Below are positions 24,729 through 37,184 of a DNA stretch of 64,000 nucleotides, one piece after another. A model generated the notes under the pieces. It ran no database searches. It saw only the letters and a list, made by a program, of their open reading frames with translations, and was not told the origin of the DNA. This DNA comes from Moniliella sp. 'wahieum'. Its lineage: Eukaryota. Within the stretch, counting starts at the first letter, position 1. Every line of letters begins with the position of its first letter. The position numbers were made by a program, and so were the translations under genes. The DNA is taken from assembly GCA_003971905.1 (NCBI GenBank), contig RSEE01000028.1, positions 310,001 through 374,000 of the forward strand, written 5' to 3'.

Positions 24729-26428
24729 ACGTTCCTTTAGGCTATTTTTCCCTGATCCTCAGAGGCTGTAGCTGGGATCGGCGGTGCCTTCTTCATCTGA
24801 CTTGTACCCGTACACTACTACCGATCACATACCGCCTTATTCATTTGTTCATACAAATGCACTACAAAACATATGGCCTCCCATCTTATGGCTGGTAGTT
24901 AATGTTTGGCGTCTTCCGGGGTCAACCACATATGATCGCACTTTCGTAGGTTCTACATTTTAGCCGTGATTTGTCTCTGCTTCTAAGGAGGAAGGTGAGC
25001 GTGTGTGCACGCTCTGGGAACAGGGATCTCCTCTTCCTCGGATATGGAGGTCCACTGACGGTAGCAGATAACACAGACTCATGGCTCCCACTTCCACATC
25101 CCATCTATGTTGTTCGTGTCACTTTTCTGGGCGTGTGCTGTGTGCATAGTATAACACCTGTGTTTTTATCTACGCCAAGTCAAGGGATGCTAGGATACCC
25201 AACGTCTGCTCCATCTCTTCTCAACCTCAGATCTGGTTTATGTACGTGCATCAGCGCACATGCCAGTGAGCTGCAGAGGAAAAGAATAGATAGAGTGGCA
25301 GTCGACGCCTCATAGCTAATCGAAATGCTGGTAACAAGGTTCCGGATAGATATGTGAGGACTACGTACAAAATTCAAGGTGGGCAAGGCTGTGCAAGATT
25401 GTGCGCAAGAAATTTCGATTAGCCATGCTAGGAGGTTAAAGTAGACCGCGGAGGCGGGCGCGGTACTTCTGATGCGCAACACCAACGCTGCCCTCAGCAA
25501 GCACGGGAGTTGCCACGACCGTGGCCAGCAGCAGGTGCAATGGGACGCTGTGATCATGTGAATGTTGTTGGTCAGAAGGAGTAGAGAGAGTTCTGCAAAG
25601 GTGGCCACATGCCATTTGCTTGACTCTATTGACCTTTTCGCCATCCGGAGTGGGCTGCTGACATCCGCATCAGCAGGCAGCCATTGTACATTTTGCAACA
25701 TTTCATGCAACTGATCGGTTCAAGTTCAAAAGTGCGCTGAAAAATGCGAACTTCCTCCACCAGTGGCGCGTGGCCGTAGAGCTAGCTCCGGGATCTGCCA
25801 GCCCCGCTATCGACTATCCCCAACACCTCCCACCCACCAGATCGATCATCCAATGTGGAAGAAGAATTGGCATGCTCTTGCGAGTGCTCCCATGACAACG
25901 TCTTTGCAGCGCAGGACTCGGAACGCCAGAAACTGAGCTTCAATACCTCTCAGCCAGCCCTCAGTCCTCCCTCCTATGCAGCGTCCGGGCAATGGCAAGA
26001 TGGGCCGGCAGTGCGCTGCCCCCCCAGCGCCAATGGCCAGACTCGGCGTAAGTACCGACGCTCTGAGCTGAGGCGCTGACATAACATGCAACACATCGTA
26101 GGATCGTTTAACGTTTACCGGTTACCATTTATAGTGCGGGGTCCGTGCGTGCCTGTGCCCGCCTCGCACGGAGGCAGTCTCCTCCATTCAAACCACTGTT
26201 TCTGATTCAGCCGTTCTCAGGCCACCTCTTAAAGTCACCTGCTCTGCCCCCAAAGCCATCTGCCATTTTGCTGAGAACACCAACGCCTGACTGGAAAGGT
26301 ACACAACAAGCGCATCTCTATAGCCTCAACCTCGTTCTTCCCACCTGCGTCCATTCTTCGCCATCCACCACCACCACCACCACCACCACCACTACACCAC
26401 TACTGTTGTCGGTATCTACCACTCCAAA

Positions 26429-27482
26429 ATGGCAACTGCGTCCCTACCAACGCCCACCTCAATGTTCCCGGCCTACCCCACCGGAGCAAAGGTGGGCTTC
26501 ATTGGCCTCGGCAATATGGGTTCCGCCATGGCTACCAACCTAGCCTTGGCTTTCCCCCACCTTAACCCACCCATTCCTCCTCTCGTCGTTTTCAACCGCA
26601 CCGATAGCAAGGCTGAAGCTGTCCGTGCCCAGGTCCAAGCCCAGGGCGGGCAAGTCACGATCGCATCGTCCGTTGCGGAAGTAGTGCAGCAGTGCCACAT
26701 CATCTTCACTTCTCTTTCGGACGATACAGTCGTTTTGGCCATGTTCGATCAACTGTGCCATGCGGATGACGAGCTGAGAAAGCAATCCGCTCACCCTGGG
26801 GAAGGTCTTCACACGATCTATGTTGATCTTTCCACTGTTTCCCCTGAAACCACGGGGGCAATCGAACGTCAAGTCAGCTCCCAGCCGCGGAGACACTTTG
26901 TCGCTGCTCCTCCCCTGGGTCCCCCCCCTGCAGCCAGATCGAAGCAGCTTGTCTTTGCCACCGCGGGTGCAGCCCGGTCGAAGCAGGCCATTCGTTCCCT
27001 CCTCGTGCCTGGCATGGGCCGTCAGGTGATCGATCTGGGTGGAAACCACGAGTCGGCGAGCACGTTCAAGTTGACAACCACTCGTTCTTGCTGGGCATGA
27101 TTGAGTTGTTGGGCGAGACGATGACGTTGGCCGACAAGACCGAGGTGGGTGCGGCCAAATTTGTCGAGTTCCTTCAGACGCTTACTCCCAACTCACCCGA
27201 GATCTTGTCCTATGCTGACAAGATCCTCCACTCCAACTTTACCGGCCCCGACGGTTCTCCCTCCAGGACGGGATTAGCGATACTGCCCATATCCGCAACT
27301 TGGCCATGTCGGTGGACTGCCCTGTGACAGTGGTCGATGCGGCCAACGCCCACATGATTTCTGCTCGCGCCAATGCCCCGGTTGGGTCCAAAATGGACTG
27401 GTCTTCTCTTGTTGCCGGGCAGAGATTGATGGCGGGTCTCGACCCCTGGAAGGGCAAACGTCCGGGCCTGGAGCGCGATTGA
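26429..27482 (+). CDS. Beta-hydroxyacid dehydrogenase (3-hydroxyisobutyrate/6-phosphogluconate dehydrogenase family, NAD_binding_2)
   Basis: KVGFIGLGNMGSAMA Rossmann motif, VFNRT, YVDLSTVSP, APPLGPPPAA, catalytic-Lys segment ASTFKL, C-terminal MDWSSL. Confidence 0.9.
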
Positions 27483-28481
27483 ACATCCAAAAAAGTGTTC
27501 TCTGTTTTGATTGGTGTGAGGGCGTTTTCACTTTTCTGTCTCTCTGTGCCAACTTTCCTGAATGTGGGTTGAAGTCTGAGCCGATGAGTTCTTGTCAACG
27601 TTACCATTCTATAACACTTCTATACAAGCATCTGCTGTAATACACTGGAAGATGAAGTCGGCAGTGACTGGGGTTGTGGTATCGTAAGGACAGTGACTCA
27701 CAAACGCAATGGTGGGCGTTAGGCAACTTGTGCGATTGCTGGCTCTTGTGTTGGCAACACAGAACGGGAAGATATGGTGTGCGCACATTCGTATCGCGTC
27801 AACATCCGATGAAGAGCAGACGGCGTTGCGTCACTATATATGTCTGCTTTTCCCTTGTGTGGAAAATGTGGCTCGCCCACGACTATCAAGGAAAAAGCAA
27901 GGAGTTGACCTGGACGAGATGGGTATTTGTGATGAATGCCATATCGGGGTGGCAGTGGTGTTATTTGATGAAAAACACAGGTCGCTGCGCCGGAGAAGGG
28001 AACCACCTGGCATCCTGTCCCCATTCTCGATGCTTGATATCCCCATATTTTGTTCTCAACGCTCATCTCTCTGCTGCTGCCTGTTTCTGTTTTGCAGGCA
28101 CTACGAAATGAGCATAACGTCTTCGAGGGTGTTGGACGAGAGGACCTGTGAGGAAACCAGCATTAGGAGCGAGAGGATTGATGGTGAGGAGGGTGGTGCG
28201 TGCTGGTGGGACGCAGGCGCTGAGTGAAATATTAATTGCCACTGGGCACGGTGCGCGATCGGTGCAATACCTGCCAGCGGAAAGGCAGTTGGGAACCTAG
28301 CCTCAATTTTTTTGCCGCTTGCCGATGCCCACCCGCGGCTACCTCCACCGATCCACCTCCTCCAGCGCAGCCTTACCGATGGCCAGAGGTCGAAAGAGCG
28401 GCGGCCTCCAGTCCGAAACGGCCCATACTTCCCCATCTGAACCCCCCACTTCTCCCTCAACCCCAGCCGTTCCATTGTCCC

Positions 28482-31400
28482 ATGGGACCGCCATAACCTC
28501 TCCGGCTTCGGCCCCCCAAGACAACGCGGGACACAAGTCGCACAAGAAGCGGTCGTCGAAGCAGGAGAAGCATCTACAGGCGCCTACCGATCCAGCCTCC
28601 CACTCTTTCAAGACCAATATCACCAAATCCAGCAAGAAAAAAGAGTCTAGCAACGGACACAAAAGGAGGGCAAAGCCTCGGACCAATCCAGCCCAGCCAA
28701 GAGCAGGAGGAAGAGCAAGGAGGAAAAGAAATCGTCGTCATCTTCTAAGGATCCAGATGGCATGCTTCCATCCATCCCTCTAACACCTGGGCAGATCTCT
28801 CTCGCGGCGCCGGTGTGGAGTCATGATCTCACGCTATTGCTCTTCCCTCGCTCGTCGGGAGTCCGCATTGTTGTTCGCTCTACCAACCGTTCCGCTGGGG
28901 TCTTGTCTGTGCCCATCACTACAGGAACAGTTATTGCTGTTGCTCTTCATCCAAGCAACACGGCCCGTCTCCTTGCTTTGACCTCCACATTTACCTTGCT
29001 CGAGTATGATTACTTGGACCCGCAATTGTTGCGCTCATCCAGTGTCCTTTCTGGGTCCCAGAAGGCTTCGGTTGTCTCTTCATTCCCGCTTTGGTCTCGC
29101 CCAAGGATGACGGGGAGGAGACACCGTATGCCTTTGTCGCTATGTCTGACGGCCGTGTTTTCGCAGTCGACATGAGTGTGCGAGGACGTGGGTCGTACCC
29201 AGTGACGGAAGTCATCCACCTTTCTGACACGATCAAGACTCTGCGCATTTCGTCTGATAACCAAGTCCTTGTCGCCGCAGGATTACAGGGACTCTATTTG
29301 GCCAAGGTGGGGGAGGCCCTGGCTTCGATCACAGCACAGCGTGCTCCTCGGACCTGGATCAAGGTCCCTACAAAGTACCCCACCACGGCTCTTGCGGTAC
29401 CCTCGGTCACGGACACATTGGCAACCGGTGACACGAATGGTGTGATCCGTCTCTGGCCTGGTCTATTGGCGTCCAGTGGCTTGGACCGCTTGATTCAGCA
29501 AGCTAAGCAAGGACGGAATGGCGTGGCTCAGGTCAGCACCTACGTTGCTAGCACAGCAATGCACTGGCACCCCCACCCTGTTAGGGCCCTGGCTTTTGCC
29601 CGACGAGACGCGGTTGTTCTTTCCGGGGGTGATGAGTCAACGTTGGTTGTATGGCAGATTGGAGTGTCCGCCGGTGGTGGGGGCAATGAAACCAAGAAGG
29701 AATTTGCCCCTCGTCTGCCTGCGTTCATCACGGACATCGTACCCGTCCCGCCTGCCCCCATCTTGAGTGCGGGTCCGATTGGGACGGCTGCAAAGAGCCG
29801 ACGGGCACCTAATCAGACCGAATCGCTGGGCCTGTACGCGGTGACATGTTCGGATGGGTCGACAGCTGTGCTTAATGCGTCGACGCGTCGTATGGACCAA
29901 ATTTATGCCCCTGAGGGTGCTCGGGCTGTCGATCCAGCTTTGGCCGGGAATCAACCGACAGCCTCCTTGGGCGTGCCACTCGCCGTATCGGGGAACTTGG
30001 CCCTCCTTCCTGGCCCTCGGCCGGCCAGTATCCAAATCGTCGACCCCAGTTTGGACCAACACCTCCTCACCCTCGAAACTGCTCCCGACAACCGTGTGGG
30101 CGCTAAGGACGATGTCATGCCCGAACCCGTGCGGCCCAGAGTTGCTGCTCTCTCTCTACCTTCCCCTGCAGCGTTGAACTCAAGCTCTTCGGTGTGGACT
30201 AAGGCCTCATTGCCCCCTTGGCTGGCGACAGTCGAGTCGCGTCTGGCGGCGATCCAGTCGGATGGGACCTTGGTTGAGAAGGAGCAAGCTTTGGTCTTTT
30301 GGCATGCGCGTACCGCGACTCCGGGGTACACGCTCGCTTCGCGGATCGAACGTCCCCACCAGGGCACAGTTACAGCCGCTGCATTCCCTCCTCCCCCTAA
30401 CGCCCCTGCCATCGACCCGTACCCTCGTCTTGCGACGGCCTCTACCGATGGTTCAGTCCGACTGTGGTGTTTAGCCTCCCGTCCATCGGCAAGGGGGGGA
30501 GTACGTTCGTGGCGTCTCGGAGCGGCGCTGAGCTTCCGCAATGCTCAGCCACATCAATGGAATGGGATGCCAGTGGAGAAATGCTGGCGGTGGGGTGGTC
30601 CTACGACCCGAAACTACCCTCTACGTCGGGAGCTCAACGGTGGGGCGCAGTAACGTTGATTGATGCATCACCCCAGGCGCTGACCTCGGGCTCGGCCGGC
30701 ATCCTTCGCACCTTCCCGCTGGGAACGATGGGGCTGCAGTCGGTCAGTCATTTGGCATGGACTTCATCCACCTCCGTGGTACGCACCTTGGTAGTCACCA
30801 GTCCTTCGGCGGTGGCTGTGCTGGACGTGTTGGAGGGTGCGTGTGTCGCCTATGCTTCGGTGGAAGGGAGTGAAAACAGGCAAAAGCGGATTACCGACTT
30901 GCTTCCCCCGTCGGGCCCGACCTCGTCCTCCTTGGTTGGCCGGATCGTCGTTGGTTATGAGGGCAGCGGGAAGAGTACGATGGAGCTGATCTCTTTCGCT
31001 TCCGTCCAAGCCCAAATCGGTCACGCCGCTCAAGATGGCACGGGTGGGATTGTTACCAAGTTTGCGGAAGGTGCTCTCCCTGGCGGTGCCCGCCCAGTCT
31101 CTGGAGGCAGGCCACCACAGTCACACTGTCCTTCTGGGTCTGTCGTCCAATTGGGACGTGTTTGCGTTTGGCACGAAACCACTCCCTCCCGCCTCGCGTG
31201 TGTTCATCAGTCTTTAGGGGGAGAACAGCCGTCGCTGTGGGCACAGTTGGTGGGGCCGCCCCCCGACGCGGCGTCATTACCTCGCTCACGACCCCCTCGA
31301 CCTCCTCTCACGCCAGGCCGGCGACCGTTCACACCGCAGCTCATGCGGGCTTGGCGCTATTGCGTCCGTTCGATGCGCCCGCCCACTTGCTTCCCTCCGT

Positions 31401-31850
31401 TGGGTCGCTCCTGCTTTCGGTCCAGAAGGCCCTCCTGCCGCGCTGCGACTGAATGGCTGCTCACCCCGCCGAACGGAGAGCGGAGAATGACAAGGACGAA
31501 GATGGGGATACGGCGTTTACTGATGCGATGCCTCTTCTTCTGAAGCCCAGGCCCCCTCTACCCCTTCCTTCACGACGGCCCATCCCCCTTCCTTGTCGAC
31601 CGCACTGGCAGGGCAAGGCGTGCGCGCCCAATCGATCCGCAGTGCTCTCGGCGCCCCAGGGTTGGACCTGATCACCGCGGCATTGGGAAACATGTCCTGG
31701 AGGAGCGGAAGGATGGTGGTTCCCGATGCGCCACCTAAGCCGCAGGCCAAGCCGCCGGCCGAGAAGCCTTCCTCGGTGTCCACTACTCCCGACGTATCCA
31801 TCGTGGCGAGCCTGCCAAATCAAACGCGCGCAAACGCAAGGCTCGAGTGA
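28482..31850 (+). CDS. NAN1: U3 snoRNP/SSU processome WD40 protein Nan1/Utp17 (WDR75)
   Basis: LATGDTNGVIRLW, MHWHPHPVRALAF, LSGGDESTLVVWQ, KKEFAPRL, SRIERPH, LATASTDGSVRLW, WDASGEMLAV, C-terminal PFDAPAHLLPSV; Lys-rich N-terminus. Confidence 0.85.
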
Positions 31851-32013
31851 GTGAGCACTAATAGTAGCCTTGGTCCTAAAATTGATGCACTTGTGCTTAT
31901 TCTTTTGCAACTACATCTATATTGTGCCTGCCAGGTGGATATTAGTACCAGACATAAGATCTTTTTGAGGAGACGGCCTGGGAGGCCCTGCGTGGTGCAC
32001 GCTTCGCATCGCT

Positions 32014-32827
32014 CTAATAAGGGGACGATAGGATCAGGGAATGGAAGTAGGCCGATGGGTTGGTCACAGAGATGGTCTCTTGGCCTTGAACCCAGTTGGC
32101 CGGGCAAACTTGGTCTCCATGCTGGGCGGTAAACTGAAACGCGTCGAGCAAGCGCAGGATTTCCTCCAAGTTGGTCTGCAGTGGCTAGACAAAGAGTGAA
32201 GAAAGCAGGTAAAGTACCACGCTAGGTATGTATTTTGGGAGGGCGGGGGGTTAAAGGACCTACCTGTGCCGACAGGTCGGCGTGCTGCACAATGCCTTGC
32301 GGGTCGATGAGGAAGGTACTGGGCAGTGCCGTCCCCTGCTCTGCTGTAGCACCCCAAACGCCCGACTGAGCGAAAAGTTCGTGTCGGCCACGAGGGCAAC
32401 CAGAGGGGATGGGGCTTGAGCCGACCAGGCCTTCAACGCGTATTCGCTGTCGGTCGAAGCGTAGTACACCTCGGCCTGGCGGGCGGCAAAGGTCTGACCC
32501 AACCAGGCGCGACGGTGAGAGAGTGGGTGAAGGCAGGCGGAATGAAGCTCAGCACAGTCCACTTGCCTTGCGTCTTGTTGGTGGCAAGGGAGACCTGTTC
32601 GAACGCCCCTTCCCGCACAGCGTCTTGACAAAGTCGGGCGCCGGCCCGCCCACGAGTGGGCAAGAGGAGTTGGTAAGACGCGCCTGTGGGGAGGGGGGCG
32701 GGGCGGAAGTGGGAACGGAAGCGGGCACAGGTCCGGGCACGTTCTGCTCAATACGTGCGGCCTTGCGCTTGCTGTGCTCGGTGGCCTCGTCGAGCGCGCG
32801 CTTGGAGGGAACAGGGTGGGTCGACAT
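32014..32827 (-). CDS. Typical 2-Cys peroxiredoxin-like protein (AhpC/TSA) lacking the peroxidatic Cys
   Basis: [64 protein letters not shown], intron 32263-32185, then [24 protein letters not shown]. Confidence 0.8.
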
Positions 32828-34077
32828 GGTGGTGGAGAGCAAGCAATTTCTTCGAGGGTGGCCATTCATCCGGTTGTAGCCTGCGGTAGCCCCACTGCGG
32901 CATAGGCGAGTGGACATTTCAAATTGGGAACACCCCACGCGTAGAAGTTGATGGTTGAGTTTCAACGTTGATGCCCTTGAGCATATTTCATTCCCCTGCC
33001 GTGAGAATGTTGGGTGATTATATACGAGTGTTAACATGACAATGAACGCGAAGTATCATCATTGACTTCCAGCCTCTGCTGGCCACCGAATTGCCACCCT
33101 TCTGCTCAGTAGAAATAGCGACGAGTTGCATCAGCCCTCTCAGAGAAAAAGACGCGGCCGACAAGATGCGCTTTCTCGTTTACCCCCGCCCCCGTTCAAG
33201 ACGCATATCTGGCCGCCTTCGTGCTTACCGAGTCCCTATTATATTAGAGGCGTGTGCTCCGCACCATAAAATGCCCAGGCTTGAATTCATTTCCTGCTCA
33301 GTGTTTTTGCCGGCTTCTGCCACGGCCGGATTTTTGAGAGAACATAATCAGTGCGTATCACGACTGTGAGCGCATCGCTTGAGATGCCGGCTTACCACGC
33401 ATGACCTCCCCGTGACCGCGTGACCCTCCCTGTAGTTTACGGGTATAAACCTTGGACAGGAATCGGTTGTCTCGTATGTTAGGTCCTGTTCAGATCCTGG
33501 TTGAACGTGTTGAACCGAGTGCATGCAGAGGCGAGGGAGAGACACCTCTAGTTGGGTGGCTGCCTGCGTGCAAAGGCCACAGCCCAGACCTCCGAGGTAG
33601 GAGCTGTGTACTTAGGTCGTTACACCAGTTGAAGGGGTCCAGGAGCTCCGAAGTTACTCTATTCCTCGCAGCGTTACCACACTCGATATGCTGTAGTAGG
33701 CGGGAACAGACAAAGTCCTAAAGAAGAGCAAGCGCTACTGATGAGAGTAACCGTGGCTTGCAGCGTACTCGACGGAAGTCGTGAATTCGTAAGCGCAAGA
33801 GTGGGTAGAAGGTGGAAGGGCGAGAGAGGAATGGGTAGTCGGGGAGACCAAAGACAGGATGGTCGACACGGGCCACAGCTAGCAAGCCTTAGTAGACATG
33901 GCTGCTTATATGTAACAGAAGGAACCAGGCCTCAAGTGCCCCATGACAGGTATAGACAAATGCGGGGCACTTTCCAGAGAGGTAAAAACTAATGCACATC
34001 CCGTGCTCTCAAAGGCGCTCTGACACTGCGTAGTCGGGCGCAGCAGGAAGGGTTCTGCCCAGACTGGACGCAATGGG

Positions 34078-34624
34078 TGTTAGAGGGTACTGCTAGGGTT
34101 CTCCTGCGCGGCCCTCAATGGATCGGTGACGCTCGCCTAGCCGAGCGGAAGCGTTCCGCTCGCAGGCCGCGCACGCCCTGCTCGCTCCATCTCCCTTCTC
34201 TCTCTCCTTTCTCCTTCCCTTCAGACGTTGCTTGAAGACTTGTGGCTCACCACTTTGCCTTCACGCCTTGTCTGAAGGTACGCCTCTGCTTCCTTTCTTG
34301 ACCTGTTGCTCCTCACAATGAGACGTTGCTTGAAGACTTGTGGCTCACCACTTTGCCTTCACGCCTTGTCTGAAGGCTGCTTTGCAGCTGATCCATAGGA
34401 TCGCGAGTGCTCCCAAGTCGCACTCTAGCAATGGGCACACAAGCATCGTACCGATGAGCCTATGCGGCCATGCACCATGGTGCATGGCAGGCCGCAGATG
34501 ATATAATCCGCAGCTGGATAAGGGTGTCTGGCTCTCTCTCGCTAGTCTAACCGCGTGTTGGGCTGAGATGTCTACGACCTGCTGAGCTTATAGCGTCCGA
34601 AGATAACTTGAGCGCCCTGTAACA
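34078..34624. mobile_element. Solo-LTR-like element (TGTTAGAGGG...CCCTGTAACA) with internal duplication and hairpins
   Basis: TG...CA ends with a 9/10 terminal inverted match, ORF-free, pyrimidine tract at 34185-34222. No clear target-site duplication. Confidence 0.5.
34223..34376 (+). repeat. Perfect 56-bp direct repeat (34223-34278 and 34321-34376)
   Basis: agacgttgcttgaagacttgtggctcaccactttgccttcacgccttgtctgaagg occurs twice. Confidence 0.95.
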
Positions 34625-34754
34625 TGTAACAGGAGGTGCCGAGTTGAAGCCCATTTCGTGTTTCTTCCAATATTCATTCCTGAGGGCAGGAATATGCTCT
34701 AGATTCTGTAGCTCATGTGCAAGGCAATAATCTTCTACAGCACCTTCCCTTACA
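34625..34754. mobile_element. Short TGTAA...TTACA dispersed repeat, copy 2
   Basis: Ends TGTAACAGGAGGTG / CACCTTCCCTTACA form an imperfect inverted repeat; core is shared with 21601-21666. Confidence 0.55.
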
Positions 34755-35086
34755 AGGGCCTAAGGCGTATAATCCCTAGTCGGCCGATTAAAATGAGGCC
34801 AATGCTTGGTGGCTTGGATGGCGTCCCTGTCAAAAGATTCAAGTGCGGCGCAGCGCTGTGACGAAGGTGTGACAGAGCATGGCTTACGGCATGCCCACCG
34901 GCTGCGCAGCACTGTCGCAGTCGCCGCGCGCACGCTCATCGACATCGATTAGCCGCCGAGCTGGCACAGCCCCCGAGCGGCCCATCTATCGCCCCCTCTC
35001 CGTGCCTCCACCCCACATCCCTCGCCGCCACCGCCGCCCCTATTCTCCCCCCCGCCCTGTCCAGCGACCCCGCTTCCTCCTCCACG

Positions 35087-36860
35087 ATGTCCGACCCGTA
35101 CCAAGAGCTGGTCGCCAAGGCCACCGATGAGCAATTGCCTACCGAAGACTGGCAAGTCAACCTTGACCTTGCGACCGGGTCAGCACCGACGGCCCCAATG
35201 GAGTCCACCAAGTCTTCGATGCTCTCACGGCACGTCTCCAGCAGAATCCCAAAGTCCAAGAGTACGTCCTCACCTTGGCCGATGCGCTGGGCAAGAACGT
35301 GCCGGCCATATTATGTACCCGGAAATGTCCAACCCCGCCTTCTGTGGCCAGCTCAACCGCATGGTTCACGACACCACATTCTCCCCAACTGTTCGCAGTC
35401 GCATCATGGGCCTCATACAGGAGTGGGATTCTGACTTGAGCATGTCGGGCGCATCCGGAACTCTGCTTCAAGACACGTACGCTGCTCTCAAGTCTCAGAG
35501 TTCGTTCTTAACCCTCCTGACATTCCCATGTGAAGTACTAACCTTCCTTAAACAGACTTGGACATCTCTTCTGCCGCGCCTGCTGCTGCCGAGGATGCGG
35601 AGGACGAGGAACTGAAGAGAGTGCTGGCCCTTTCGTTACAAGACCAAGGCGGACGCAGCCAATGGTCGTCCAACTACTATGGCGCCTCCGGTGCTAACAT
35701 GGCGGAAGCGCGGCCGCCTGGCATCTGTCTCGTCCTCCCAGCCAGCGGGCAGCACCCCAGCCAGTGCTACCAATCCGTTTCTCCCTGGTCCAACACTATC
35801 TTCGGCCACCCCCCCTGGCGGCTCGAATCTGGCCCAACTAGTTGACGTTTCTCCAGCTGGGGCTACAGGTGCCTCACAAGGTGCGGCCGTAGCCGCTGCC
35901 GCTGCCGCGTTGGGTGGAGCCGCCCACTGACGGCCACCCCGGCCCGTGCAGAGGAACCCACCACCGTCACTTCCGCTCACCACCACCGCAGAAAGTGCAT
36001 CTTCCCCGCCAGCTGGGAAGATCATTTCGTCGTGTACGGGCGTTGTACGACTATATCGCCCGAACCGGGAGTGTTGAACTTCAAAGCAGGGATGTGATTC
36101 GGGTGCTGGATACGATATTCGAGCATTGGTGGAAGGGGAGGCACGTGGGAAAGTGGGCATCTTTCCGTCAACCATGTTGAAATTCTGCCCAACCCGACCC
36201 CCGATGATTTGGCTCGCGATGCCGCGTTGGAAGCCTCCCTGCTTGGCTCCTCTACCGCGATTGATGAGTTGGCCCTCAAGCTAGCTACCCTCGATCCCGC
36301 CCAACCCGTCAGTTCCACGGACAAGGCGGAGCTCGAGGGGATGTACCAGAGTGCGGCCGATGTGGCTCCCAAGCTCGCCGAGCTCATCGCGCGGTACCAG
36401 GCCAAGCTCGCCGAACTGAATGGCTTACACGAGAAGTTTGAACAGGCACGCAACCGCTACGCTCCCCAGGTTCTCCATCCTTCGTCTTCTTCCTCTTCGG
36501 CCCCTCAGGCTGCCCAATCTGTGGAACGGCTACTGCGCCAGCCACTGCCGCAACGGCCGTTCCCGCTTCTACCCCTGCTTCTGCCCCGCTACTTCGCAAG
36601 CTCCTGCGCAAGCTACTAATCCTGCCACGTCTTCTCCGCCGCCCCAACTACCACCGCCGCTTCGGACGTCGTCGACCCGCCCGGCTTATGATCAGCAAGC
36701 GGTACCTCACCGCCACCGGGGATGGACATCAACTCGCCCGATACGCCGAGTGGTATTGGCGGACGTTCCCCCAGAATGCCCCGGCGCAACAGTGATCGGT
36801 GGCCATGTGCAATCCTACGCTGCGCCCCGTGCTGCCCCTTTCGTTGGTTCATGTCTGTTG
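35087..36860 (+). CDS. HSE1: ESCRT-0 subunit Hse1/STAM (VHS, UIM, SH3, GAT-like coil, Pro-rich tail)
   Basis: VHS PYQELVAKATDEQLPTEDWQVNLD, intron about 35500-35554, UIM EDEELKRVLALSLQD, SH3 RVRALYDY..DVIRVLD..WWKG..GIFP, helical segment ELEGMYQS..KLAELIARY. 3' end uncertain. Confidence 0.9.
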
Positions 36861-37184
36861 GAGGAGAAAGGAAGGGGTGACCTCAGTGGAGGGGCGGGTG
36901 GATCTCGCCTTTTCTCGTCGGGAATGGTGTTGCAGCCTAGGTTCCGGCCATTTTCCGTCCCTTTGGATCTTACCTCTTCTCCCCTACGACCCGCCTCGCC
37001 ATTCGTACGAACCACATCTCTTCCTTGTTGCAGCTGGCCTTGGCATAACCGGACCGGAAAATCTCCTTTGGATGTCCAAAGAGGAATGCATGCAACCTCG
37101 ATACTGGGCTTGAAGTGTGTGGAAGGAAGCGAGGATGGTATCTAATGGATTCGTACCACCTACACGTCAACGCCAACTTGGTCC

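Noticed and set aside
19107..27482. Secondary-metabolite gene cluster
   Set aside because: No backbone enzyme (PKS, NRPS or terpene synthase) and no cluster regulator in the window.
34223..34376. CRISPR-like repeat-spacer-repeat
   Set aside because: Only two 56-bp copies, a eukaryotic context and no cas genes.
4529..36150. GTGGGAA CSL-binding sites as a local regulon
   Set aside because: The occurrences I noticed (about 4530, 8184, 14707, 32710, 36145) fall inside coding sequence and are compatible with chance.
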